Below are positions 34,757 to 46,763 of a stretch of DNA of 64,000 bases, piece after piece. The notes below the pieces were generated by a model. That model was not told the DNA's origin and made no database searches. It saw nothing but the letters and a program-made list of their open reading frames with translations. The stretch comes from Cyanophora paradoxa CCMP329. Taxonomy: Eukaryota > Plantae > Glaucophyta. The DNA is taken from assembly GCA_004431415.1 (NCBI GenBank), contig QPMI01000411.1, forward strand, positions 1 to 64,000. The letters are read 5' to 3'. Position 1 is the first letter of the stretch. The number at the start of each line of letters is the position of its first letter. A program made the translations under genes and the position numbers.

Positions 34757-37700
34757 TCACAGAGTGCGCTCGACGCACACGATGCCCTCCCGCTCGAGGG
34801 CCGCCAGCACCTGCGCCGCCAGTCAGCTTGGCCTCGAAGGCAGATCTAGATTCTCTGAGCGGGGCGGGGCCCCGGGCGGGGCGGGCCGGGTTGTAGATGT
34901 CCTCGGTGTAGGGCCCGATGACGCCGGAGCGCTGCAGGGCGCCGTCGATGATCAGCTGCGCCGCGATCGCCGCGGGGAAGGCCACTGCGCGCGCCCGTGA
35001 GGTCCGGCGCGGTGCGGTGGAGAGCGAGGCGGGAGAGGGGCCGGGCACCGGTGCGGGCCATGGCGGTGTTGCCGTGGGGCTCGCCGTACGCGAGCAGCGT
35101 CGAGGTCTTGCGCTCGAGGGAGCCGTCGGGGAGGCGGATGCCGAACTCGTGGTGGAGGAGCACCAAGTCGCGCTCGCCCTCGCCGTACGCGAGCCGCTCC
35201 TGCAGCAGCGCGCAGAAGGCGTCCAGCGGCGTGCCCCGCTTCGAGACCCGCTGCGACTCGGAGAGGAGGCCGAGCCACTCGGCGCACGCCACCAGCGCCG
35301 GCGCCTCCTCCGCCCGCAGCGCCCGCCCCGCCAGCGCCGCCCGCACCTCCTTCGGGTCGGGGCGGCAGGCGAGGAGGGAGGCGAGGAGGTGGGGCCAGGA
35401 GAGGGCCCCCGGGGCGCTGGGGGCGAGCTCGGGCCGCGGGGCGTCGTCGAAGAGGCCGGCGCGGGCGAAGCCGCCCATGAGGGCCCCGAAGCCGCGGTAC
35501 CGCAGCGTGCCCCGCCGCACCGTCCTCGCCTCCTGCGCGCCCGCGTCAAAGCCCGCGGGTCGCCGGCAGCACCGCCGCCCGGCGCAGCGCACCGCCTCGA
35601 TGCCGTAGGCCTGGGCGTAGGGGAGGGAGTCGCGGTTGGGGAGCTCCTCGAGGGCGAGGGCGACGGAGACGCCGTCGGCGGGGCGCGCGGCCGCCAGCAG
35701 GCCCTCCCCGGGCACCTCCACCACCTGCGCGCCCCGCCCCGCCCCGCCCGCTCAGCGAGGCCTAGGGCTGGGCGGCGGGGGGCGCTCTGCGGGCGGGCGC
35801 GCCCTGCCGTCGTCGAGGTACTTGGCGGCGTTGCGGGCGGCGGTGAGGACGCCCCGCGGGTTCCACGAGAACTTGTACCCCAGCGGGTTGTCCGCCGCCT
35901 CGGGCGCCGGCAGCCCGCCGCACATCGACACGAACGACTCCACCTGCGAGCAGGCGTCGGGGGGGCCGGGCGCGGGGCCGCGAGGCCGCCGGGCCGCTGG
36001 GCCGCCGGGCCGCTGGGCCAGATGTATATGGAGAGGGCGGGGCGCGGGTGCGGACCTTGGCGCCGCGCCTGTGCGCGTCGGCGATGATCTGCATCGCGCT
36101 CATGTGGTCGATCCCTGCGACCGGGGTACGGTTGGTCGATGTGTGGGGGGCCGGCGGTGCAGGGGATCGGGCACCGGGGTCGAGGCCCATCTCGTTGAGG
36201 ATGGTGATACCGGCCTCCTTGGCTCTGCCGCCGAGTGAGCGAAGGCCGGACCGGAGCGGAGAGCGCGCGGAAGTGCGAGTGAAGCGGGCACCGGGCGTCG
36301 AGGGCGCGCATGGCGGGGCTGGTGTAGCTGGCGGTGACCATGTGGACCTTGTGGGCAATGCAGGCCTCGGCAACGGGCACGTGGAACATGGCCGGCACGA
36401 AGCTGATCACGACGTCCGCCCCGGCCACCAGCGGCTCCAGGCTCGCCTGCGCGCGCGCGGCCCGCCGTGAGGAGGGCGGGGGGCGCGGGCGGGCGGGCGG
36501 CGGGGCGGCGCGCCTTGCTCGTGACGTCGACCTCGGCGACGGCGGTGCGCTTGCGGCCCTTCGCCAGCGCCTTCGCCTCGTTCAGCACCACCGACGCTGC
36601 GGGGCGTTCAGGCGAGTCGGAGGCCGTCAGCCCAACTCAGGGGGCGGACCGATGGTGATGAGGTTGATGGGGGAGCGGAGGAGGTACTCGACGACGGGGG
36701 CCGCCACCATCCCAGCCCCCAGCAGCAGCACCCGCCGCACCGCCCCCTGCCGCGAGGGTCGGGTTCAGAGAGGCGCGGCGTGGCGCGGGCGGGCGGGGGC
36801 GCGCCTTGGCCGGCTGCTGCTCAGGGGTCTCCACGCCGTTCGCCGGCGCCTCCGCTGCGCGGGGGCTCGTAAAGAAGTCCCGAGCAACCCCCCCGCGTGG
36901 GCGCCCCGCGCACCGGCCTCGGGCCGGCTGATCACCATGGACGCCTCTGCCGGCAGCTTGAGGGCCTGCGCCGGGGCGGTCAGAGAGGAATCAGACAATG
37001 CGAGGAGCGCAGGGGCGGGCCTTGAGGGCGTCGAGGAGGGCGGCGAGCTTGGCGTCGTCCTTGGCGTGCACGCGCAGCATCGCCGTGGAGGGCGTGTGGC
37101 AGTCCTTCCCCAGCCCGATGTCCATCAGCTCGAACCTGCCGGGAGGTGTGAGAGGGGCGGGAGAGGCTCGAGCGGGGAAGAGGACAGCGCGGGCGGGCGG
37201 ACCCGGCCTTCTGCTGCTCGATGGCGTCGAGGGTGCGATTGATGACCCCCAGGTCGAACAGGTGGCCCTTCAGCGTCACCACCGCCTCCGCCCGCGCCTC
37301 TCGGTGCACCTGCCCGCGACCCCTCAGCCGCCCCGCCTCGGCCTGCACCGAGGGCGGGCGCGGGGCGGGCCGTGACGCCGCCGGCGACGTCGTCGCCGGC
37401 GCGGGCGAGGTTGACCTCGTCCGCGGGGCCCCACGAGGGCCGGTGCACTGCGCGCCCCGAGGCCGAGGGGCGCGGGGGTCGGCTCGCGAGGTGAGGCAGA
37501 TCGCCTTATTTGGCTCGACGGGGCGGGGCGGGGCGCACGCTGGGAGGCGCGGTGGTCCATGGCGCGGAGCTGGGCGATGTAGGCGTAGCCCGGCGTCAGC
37601 TCGCCGTGCGCCGCGATGCACGCCTGCGCCCCGCCGCCCGCGTCGATCGAGAGCTCGGGCCCCAGCGCGTGCTTTACTTTACTGTGCCGCGCGGACCTCG

Positions 37701-40060
37701 CGGAGCCCGGGGGGCAGGTCGGACTGGTCGGGGAAGGGCCTGCGGGCGTCGGAGCGGGCGAGGGGCTCGACGAAGGGGAGGAGGGCGTCGCCGAAGTGGA
37801 GGGAGGCGTCCCGCGGCAGCTCCGACGGCAGGTGGTCCACCGCGTGCATCAGCACCCCGTCCCCGTCTGCCCGGTCAGGTCAGGTCAGCTGAGCCGAGTG
37901 CGGGCATGTCAACGTGGAGGAGGACGTGGAGCTAAGCGTCCCCTCCCTCCCCGGGGGCCGGGGCGGACCTGTGCCCTTCTGGACGGCCTGGGTGACGGGC
38001 TCGTAGAGGAAGAACGGCTCCTCGATGCTCGTGTACCGGTCCACCGCCTCCACCGACCCCTGGCGGTGCCGGCTCAAAGGGGGGGGAGAGCCGGATGGGG
38101 GTACGCGCACGTTGAGGTCGCAGGAGATGTCGCAGACGCCGACGAGGCGGGAGCGGCCTTCCGACGCCAGGCGCCCCATTTGGGCCCGCGTCAGCAGCCG
38201 CGGGAACCTGCGCCGAGCTCAGCCTCTGCAGGGGGGTGGGGGTAGGGAAAGGGGGGTATGGCGCACCGGACGTCCCAGTACATGCAGTTGACGATGACGG
38301 AGGCCCAGGGGGCAACCTGCCGCCCCGCCCGGCCCGTCAGGGGGCACGACGCCGGCGTGCAGCGCGGGACGGGGCGGGGCGGGCTCGCCTTCTCGTGGAA
38401 GATGGGGCGGTACGCCTCGGGCTTCTCGTAGTAGTGCGCCTTATCGAAGGCCGCCGCCGGCCTGCCCGGCCGGCCCTCGGCGATAGGCCGGGCGGGGGCG
38501 GGGCCCGGGCGGGGGATCGGAGGGCGCACTTGTCCTTGCGGGCGACCATGTGCTCCTGCGTCGCCACGCACCCGTACAGCTTGTGCGCCTCTGCGCCGGC
38601 CCGCGCCGGGTGGGCCGAGCGGGCCGAGGCGAGCGCCGCCTAGCCTCTGCCTCTCTTCTGGGCTCGGCCGCACCGGCCTTCTTGGAGCGGACGAGGTCCT
38701 CGAGCTCGAGGGGCGACACCATCTCGTGCGGGAAGAGCTTGAAGATCTCCTGCGCGCCCTGCGCGCAGAGCGGAGCGGATCGCCTCGGATCGGGTCGGGT
38801 CGGGTCGGGTGGGGTGGGGTGGGGTCGGAGGGGGCGGGCGGGCCGGGGCGGCTCGCCCTGGAGACGCGGCCGGTGCCGGTGAAGACGAAGATCATGGGGC
38901 AGAGGGCGCGGGGGAGCCCCTCCTTGGCGATCCGCTTGCCCACCGCCCTCAGCGCCTCCTGCGCCCCGGCCCCGTCCGCCTCGGCTTCGGCCACCGGCGG
39001 CGACCGCGGCCGCCCGCTCACCTTGGCGTCAGCGACCGAGGCGTACACTGGCCACGACGAGGCGCCCGTCAGCCGGTGCGGGCGGGGCGGGGCGGGGCGG
39101 GGCGGGGGCTGGGCGGACTGTAGGAGGAGCCGACGTTGAGGAAGGGGGTGCTGTACCCCAGGGACAGGAAGCGCTCCCCGAGCCCGCGGAAGAAGTCGAT
39201 CATCCCCGCCAGGCCCGCGAACTGCCGGATCAAATTCATTCGAGTGCGGCGCGCGATCGAATGCGAGGCGGGCGCGGGTCACCTCGCCGAACGCGACGAG
39301 GCGCTGGCCGGAGCCCTTCCTGTCCACGATCGTCTCGTAGTCGATCAGGCGGATTTTCTGCGCCCCGCGACGCGTGGGGGCGCCGGCGGGGGCGCGGGAC
39401 CGGACCGGGCCGGCCGCACCTTGCGCAGGACCACGTCCAGCATGCCCATGTTCTCCGGCTGGGCCTTGATCGTGTGGCTGGCGCGTGCGCATGGTCAGCC
39501 GCCGCGATCCGCGGGGCAACGCCGCGCGCGCGCACCTGAAGAACACGTAGGTCCGCTCAGGCAGGAGGAGCGGCGGGGGGATCTGAGCCGCGCGCGTCAG
39601 CGCGCGTCCGGAGGCACGTGCGATTGAACGGCACCGTCTTGACGGCGAAGATGCAGTTGCATTCCGAGAGATCGTCCTGGACAATCGCGCCGGCCTGCGA
39701 GCGGATTCCGGTCGGCCCGGGCGGGCAGCGCACGCACTCCCTAGGCGTGAGACCACGCGTACGTGCTATAAAGATAGACTGCAAAGCTAGAAACGCGCAC
39801 GTACGCAAATCTCTACGACCCCGCGCGCGTGCACACACCTCGGCGTACTCCTCGTCACGGAAGACCCGACCGAGAGACGGCTGGATGATGACCTTGATGC
39901 CGCGGGCGACCAGGGCCTTCACATGGTGAGGTGCCAGCGGACAGCGACGCTCTGCGGGTTCGATCGGGCGGGTTCGAGAGGGCACTTCGGCGGACCGCGG
40001 ACCCCATTTGTTCTTGTCCTCTCGCCGGATCCCGACCACACCGTCCGGACCGAGCGGCAT
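34757..40060 (-). CDS. AASS: Bifunctional lysine-ketoglutarate reductase/saccharopine dehydrogenase
   Basis: [96 protein letters not shown]. Has the plant-type intermediate domain (GHLFD). Confidence 0.95.
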
Positions 40061-40358
40061 TGGGCGTTGCAGCTGCGTATACAGCTGTTCGATCTGTGAC
40101 GGGCTCCGAACCTCTTATACCCGCGCTTATTTTTTCGCCTCGTTAACCCCCTCCCCCTCCTTCCCCCCCCCCCCGGAGCGCTGCGGAACGTTCCCCTCGT
40201 AGCGGAGCACCAGCCAGTGCCCGATATGTATGCGTCCTGCTCCTGCGCATGCCTCTGGTTGCTTATGCTCAATCCATGTGGAGGCCTATAGCTAGCTAGG
40301 ACGGTCGCGCGCGGTGACACGATCGCGACGTTGCGACGTCGCGCGCGCGCGGCTGATC

Positions 40359-40544
40359 ATGGGCGCGAATGTCGACGTCGGCGAGCGCATCGAGCGGCTC
40401 TTCCTCGGCAACTTCAGCTTCCTCGACAGGCCTGGCCTAGGCTGGCATGCTCATGGACATACACAGGAGCCCGCGCCCGCGGAATATGAATCCGGCCCCG
40501 CAGACTTAAAGAATACTCCTTCGCATATGTATCTCGCACGATAA
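40359..40544 (+). CDS. Possible 61-aa small ORF or gene fragment
   Basis: The first ~24 codons are strongly C/G-ending, like the neighbouring genes. No motif recognised. Confidence 0.3.
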   Translation: MGANVDVGERIERLFLGNFSFLDRPGLGWHAHGHTQEPAPAEYESGPADLKNTPSHMYLAR

Positions 40545-40546
40545 AG

Positions 40547-43500
40547 CTACCTATTCTTAATGATTACGTTGCCGTCCATCTGCATGATCGTGCCGGGGGC
40601 GTGCGCCGGGGCCGGGGCGGCAGGGGCGGCGGGGGCGCCGGGCCCTCTCCTCCCGACGCTGGAGAAGAGGGCGGCGGGGGGCAGGCCCATGCCCAGGTCG
40701 TCCAGCTCCGAGGGCGGCCGCGACGCCGCCGCCGGCGCCTTCGGGGGGGTCGCCGAGGGCGGGGGCGGGGAGGGGGCGGCCTCGGCTGGGGCGGGCGGGG
40801 CGAGGCGGGGCGGGCGGGCGGGGGCCGCCTCGAGGACGTCGCCGGCGTCGACCTCCCCAGCAGCTCGTCCAGCTGCCGCTCCTCCTCCTCCGCTGTCGGC
40901 CCCGCCGGGGTCGGCGCCGGCGCCGGGGCCGGGGCGTCGGCCCTGCGGAGGACCTCGTGGGCGGCGGCGTCCCGCCTCAGCGCCTCCTCCGCCTCCAGCG
41001 ACGCCAGCCGCCGCCGCTCCGCCTCCGCCCCCCGCTCCGCCGCGTCCGCCTCCATCGCCGCCCGCTCCCGCTCCGCAGCCTCCGCCTCCTCCCGCCGCCG
41101 CCGCTCCGCAGCCTCCCGCCGCCCCCGCTCCTCCTCCTCCTCCCGCCGCGCCCGCTCCTCCTCCGCCTTCCGCTCCTCCTCCTCCCGCCGCCTCCTCAGC
41201 TCCTCTTCCCTCGCCTGCGCCGAGGCGGCCGTCAGGCGGGCCAGCCCGGCCGAGAGCTGGGCGGCGCACCCGGCGCAGGGCGTCGGCCTCCTCGGCCTCC
41301 CGCTTGCGCCTCGCCTCCTCCTCCGCGAGCTTCCTCCGCCGCTCCTCCTCCCGCGCCCGCGCCCGCTCCTCCTCCTCCGCCCGCGCCCGCGCCGCCTCCG
41401 CCTCGACCGCCTCCTTCCTCCGCCGCTGGCGCGGGGCTCGGGCGGGGCCCGTCAAGCGGGCGGGGCGGGGCTCGGACCTCGGTCTCGAGGACGGCGTCGT
41501 CGAGGGCCTCGTCGGCGAACATGCCGGCCGCCATCGTGTCCGGCGAGGGCGCAAGCGGGATCGGCGAGGGCGCCGAGAGGAGCGGCGGCGGCGGCAGCGG
41601 CAGCGCGGGGAGGGGCGGGGGCGGGAGGGATGGGAGCGGGGGCAGGGCGGGGGCGGGGGCGGGGGCCGGGGCGGGGGCGGGGCGGCGGCTTGGCGAAGAC
41701 GTCGTACACGGAGACGGAGCCGTCCCGCGCCGTGACGGCCAGGAACTGCCCGTCCGAGCTGCCCCGCGGCGCCCGTCAGGCCGCCGCCAAGCGGCGTGCT
41801 CGGCGCGCGGGGACCTGAAGGAGGGGGCCTCGGCGCGGGCGGGAGGCGCTCGTGGGAGAGCACGTCGCACACGAGCCCGTTCTGCGCCGCCCTGGCGCGT
41901 CAGCCGGGCCGGCGGGGCGGGGCGGGGCGGGGCGGGGCGGGCGCGCCTTGCCGACGGCGAGGGCGACGAGGCGGAAGGCGGCGGGGCAGCAGACGCAGAA
42001 GAGCAGCGTCGCCCGCGGCGGCGCGTTCGGCCCCGGGTTCGCGCTCATCGCGATCGACACCTGCCGCGCCGCGCTCGGAAGGGGGGAGGGAGCGCCGCGG
42101 GGTACGGCGGGCTCCAAGGCCCGCGCACCACCTCCTCCTTGAAGTGGTTCTCGGCGTAGAGCAGGCGGCAGTCTGCGGGGGTACGCTCGTTAGAGAACGA
42201 ACCCGGGAGGGGCGCGGGCGGGGTACCGGTGTCGACAATGACGAGGAAGCCCTTGGTGGTGCCGAGGGCGATGAGGCCCTGCCCCGCCCACCGGAACGCC
42301 GAGAGGCGGCCCATCTTCTCCTGCTGCGGCTGCGGGGCGCGGCGCGGCGCGGGGGTGGGGATGAGCTCGCGTGGGTACAGGCCGAGGGAAAAGACGAGAG
42401 GGAAAAGGGGAGCGGGCTCGAACCGCGTCGAGGACGAACTCGGTGATGGCGGCGCTGGCGGGGTCCAGGAGCAGAAGGGCCCGCCTGCAGTGGGGAGGGG
42501 TGCGGTGTCGGCCGGGGGCACGAGCACGCCCCGCAGCCCGGCCAGCCAGCGCCCCGCGGCGCACTTGAAGCCGAGGACGGCGGTGCCGAGCATCGCGACG
42601 CCCCGCGCACCCTTCGCCAGCGTCACCGCCTGCGCGGGCCCCGGACGGCTCGGAGGCCGGAGGCCAAGGGGATGGAGGAGGGGCATGTGCGGGCGGGCCT
42701 GCATGTCCTGTACGTTGTACCCGATTGAGAAGGACTTCTGTGTATCCCCGTCCGCGTTGCTGATCGTGACCTAACGGGGTGCGAGCTCGGACCGACCCGG
42801 CGTGCGGCGCGCTGGCGTGCGGGAGGGTACCGTGTCGTCGTCGCTCGCGAGCACTAGCTGGTCCTGCGGTGAGACGTCAGAGCCCCGGGTTCGGACCCAG
42901 GCGGGAGATTGCACGCCTCGTCATCCCAGAGAGCGCATACGATCCGCTTGGAGTGCTTGTACATGATCGGGACCTAGACGCGGGCTCGATTTTCAGCGGG
43001 GCAACTTTTGGAGGGGGGAAGAGGGAGAGGGGGTGGGGTGGGTGGGGCGGGTGGGGGCGGGTGGGGTGGGGGGGGGAGGGAGGGGGGGGAGGGGGGGGCG
43101 GGGGCGCCTTCTTGAGGGTCTTCCGGTTGTACAAGAAGATGCTCCCGTCAGGGCCAAGCAGGGCCATCTGAAGGAAAGGAGATCAGGGGCCAGATCGGAT
43201 CGGGGCGGGCGGGCGGGCGGGGCGGCGGGCCCGCGGGCTGTTGGAGGAGACGGAGACCATCTGCTGGTCCTTGATGTTCGTCTCCACCTGCGCCGGCGCA
43301 GCCTCGCCCCTCAGCCCCGCCCCTCTCAGCTCGCTCGCTCGCTCGCGCACGGCCATGGCGTCCTTGCCCCCGGCGCTGAACCGGTTCCAGATGTACAGCT
43401 GCCGCCCGTCAGCGCGGCGTCGGGGGGCGGGCGGCACGCTCGCTCGCGCGCGATCGCACCTTATTCGTCTTGCTGGCGGCGATGGCGAGGTACGTCCCCT

Positions 43501-44003
43501 CCTTCTCCCACGCCAGCGAGCGCGCCGTGCTGCGCGCCCCGAGCACCCCGTCGGCCCGGCTCGCCGGCCCCGGCCCCGGCGCGGCGCGCGGCCGGCGCGC
43601 GGTTCCGTCCGTCGCGGCGCACCTCTTGGAGAAGAGGCCGGGCTTGGGCAGTATGAAGGGGTCGACCACCGCCTGGCCGGGCTTCTTGTCGCCGCCAGCC
43701 GCGTACACGTTCACCCGCGGACTGCCACCGACCGCCAGAATGGGGAAGCGCGGGTTCCAGATCGCCAGCGGCGGCCTACAGTCCTCATAGACGCGAAACA
43801 GCAGCTGTGCGGGAATCTGCGGCGGAGCGCGTCAGCGCTCGGCGGGGCTCACGAGCGTAACGCCGGCCCGGCGCAGCCCAACCGAGCTTAGCGCATTTAA
43901 CTCCTCCGGACGGCCGGCGGCTCGCGCGGCCCTCGCTGCCGGTGCTTATTTCGGTCGGCCCTGTGCGCCCGCAAAGAAGGCCCTCCCGCCACTCGCTCAC
44001 CAT
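40547..44003 (-). CDS. WDR19/IFT144-like N-terminal beta-propeller fused to a Pro-rich and E/R-rich helical tail
   Basis: SLAWEKEGTYLAIAASKTNKLYIWN, IFLYNRKT, VTISNADGDT, GRLSAFRWAGQGLIALG and SSDGQFLAV are colinear with the first WDR19 propeller (compared from memory). Probable ATG-only first coding exon (intron 43805-44000). Confidence 0.72.
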
Positions 44004-44193
44004 GCTGATCGGCCCGGGGTCGCCAGGCGCCCCCGGATTCCGCGCTTCAGCGTCCCGGGTTGACTGTACCCCCACGGCTCCCATAGCTTGGCCACAGGAC
44101 CCACACGGCGAGCCGCACAGTGCCACACTGGACCACAACCGGTGCAGGCTGCACAACTAGCTGTTTCGAAGCTATCCGGCTACCCAGCTTGCC

Positions 44194-45014
44194 ATGAACT
44201 ACCACGCCGCGTTTTGGTACGTCGGATCCGCCTCGACGTTCGCGATCGGCCTCGTCTACCTCTTCGCTTGCCCCGCCTACCCCGAACTCTGGGTGAGCCC
44301 ACGGAGCGCACGCGCTGAGGTTGCATCCGCGATCCGGCGCGTAGCGCCGCGCGAGCGCTTTTCTTGCAGCTAACGGGAAGCTTCTCTGCAGTCGCTTCTT
44401 TTCAAGTTCAAGCCGGTGCCCGAGACCAAGCTCCTGCTGGGCCTGGTCGGGTGCGCTTTGCTGTGCTAGCACTGCGTCTACGTTTAACCGCTGACTCGAG
44501 CGCGCGCTTTCGCACCCGTGGGCCTCGCAGCGCGTCATTCTTGTCCGTCTCGGGGATCTTCTGCGTGGTCGCTGCCAACGGGGACAGGCACTTCCGCGCT
44601 AAGATCAACAAGAGCGGCGTGATGTGAGCGCGCCCCCCGGCGCCCCAATTTAAGCGTCGCCGCCGCATACGCCTTCATCGACGCTTCATTAGAGGGACCT
44701 TCATCTTGCTAGCCTTCATCATATGGGAGAACCAGTACGTCAAGTTGTACCAGCCGATGTGGTGCGTCACCCGCTTCTCTCTTCGCTCTGGCGCTGGCGG
44801 CGCGCTAACGGGCACCGGTCCCGGGCAGGTCTTCGTGCATCATCGGGTGCGCCGTGCACGTGCCGCGCCGCGCCACGCCGGCCCGCGCCCCCCTCGACCG
44901 CTCTGATCTCGCTGCAGGATGCTGAGCGTATTTCTTCTGCTCGGCATCGTCAACCTCGCCAACGGAGGCGGCGGCAGCCACGCGCCCAAGGTCCCCCGCG
45001 CCAAGAAGGCGTAG
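44194..45014 (+). CDS. Small multi-exon membrane protein, unknown function
   Basis: Spliced exons encode several hydrophobic segments (ASFLSVSGIFCVVAA, FILLAFIIW, MLSVFLLLGIVNL) and end ...RAKKA*. Confidence 0.6.
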
Positions 45015-45281
45015 CATTTGATCGCACCGCTATTTATTTTTTAAATTCTATACGATGAATTCGACGCGCGATTTCGGAGGGATGATTTCTGACGACGGGA
45101 TGCGCCCGGCGGGCATCATCATCTTTTACGGCAGGCGAGCGCTGCATCATCGTATATTCTGCCCAGAGAAGCCTGCCTGCCTCCAATCCTACAGCGGTAC
45201 ATGCTCTAAAGTCTGTGACTACGACTAGCGTACGAAATATGAGAGCGAAGTTGACAGAGTGTCGCACTCCGACATGGCCCT

Positions 45282-46440
45282 TCACCAGTTCTCGTTCACC
45301 TTTTCGAAGCCAGGGTACGTGCCTGCGAAGCCCATGAACCGGTACCCTGGCCGCCGCGGCCGGAGCTCGGAAGCGGACCGGGCTTCCAGAGGCGGAAGCC
45401 GCCGCGGAGGATGTTGCCGCGCGTGTCGATGATCTCCCAGTCGCCCCGGATGCAGTTCCCGTCCGAGAAGCCAAGGTACTCGATCCGGTGCATCCCTGAG
45501 CGCCCCGCCGTGGGCTCGGGCGAGCGGGGGAGGCGAAAGAATCGCCTCAGGGGGCTTCGCACCGATGTACTGCTTCGTGAACTTGATCTCGAGGGACGTC
45601 GGGTCGAATTGGCCGTCGATCTCGAAGCTGGCGGGGTGCACGCGCTCAGAGAGGGGCGGAAGGGGGCGGCGGGAAGGGCGGGGGGGCGGGCGCACCGGCC
45701 GAGGGCGTCGGAGCCGACGGAGCGGACGAGGCCGCCGGCCATGTTCAGGTCCATCGTGATCTCGTCCCGCTGCCCGCTGCGCCCGCCCGCCCCGCCCCGT
45801 CAGCTCCCGCCCCCGGCGCCGGCTCGGGCGGGCGGGCGGGCGGGGGCGGGGGCGAACTTGAGGTACTGCGGCGCAGCGCATTGGCGAGCGCGGGCGAGGG
45901 GTGCGTCAGCAGGGCCGAGAGAGAAGAAAGGGGGAAAGCACCTCGTAGTAGCCGATCTGGGGAGGAGCGGGGGCGGTCAGCGGGGGCCGGGGAGGGGGGG
46001 GCGGGGGCTCCGTACCCACGTGCCGGAGAGGAAGGGGCCTGTCTTGGGCGGGGCGCCGGGCGTGAGGCCCCACGCTGCGGCGGGGTGAGGCATGGGCCCG
46101 AGGGATAGGGCAGCAGCAGGTCGCACCCTGCCCGGAGGGGAGGAAGGCTTCGCTGGTGCGGGGCGGGTGGGCGACCGGCGCGTACGCGCCCTCCCGCCCG
46201 GGCTTCATGAAGTCCGGCGCGAACGCCGCGCCCGTGTAGCCGCCGTAGCCGCCGTTCGCCGCGCCGCCGTTCGCGCGCACGGGGCTCCACTGCCCCTGCC
46301 CATGCTGCGGCTGCGGCTGTGCCAGGAGCTGCGCGTCGTCCCGAGGGGACCCGTAGGCGGAGCCCGGAGGCGGCGGCGACGGCCGCTCCGGCAGCCTCGG
46401 CGAGTGCGGCCGCTCGGGCTCCGCTGTATCCTGATCCGCT
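45282..46440 (-). CDS. Hypothetical protein with a compact Gly/aromatic beta-rich domain; start not resolved (upstream of 46440)
   Basis: SGTWIGYYE ... GSDALGRFEIDGQF ... FTKQYIGMHRIEYLG ... IRGDWEI ... GGFRLW assembled across short introns. Confidence 0.65.
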
Positions 46441-46763
46441 GTGCAGCACGCCGTTCGCAAAACTGCCGGCGATGAGCGTTCTCCGCGACGGGAGCGGCGC
46501 GGTCTTACCAGCGTTTCGAACGCCTCCTACTAACGCCACGTAGCACCCTGCGGGCCGCGAGGAGCTCCGTTAGCAGCCGTTAGCTACGCATGTCCGGGGG
46601 CCTTTGGGCGCGAGCTAGCAGCAGAAGGCTGTGCTGCATGTGCAGCTTTGCAGCTGAATCGATTATCGCGCGCGCCGCCGTTAATCACGGACCGCCACAG
46701 GCCGAGTTCGGATCTCTGGACCGCGCCAGCCTGCGCGCCAACATTCTATCCTCGAACATTAGG

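Noticed and set aside
19882-44003. Functional cilia/centrosome gene cluster (WDR62-like, DNAI2, WDR19-like)
   Set aside because: Interspersed with unrelated metabolic genes; such proximity is plausible by chance in a flagellate genome.
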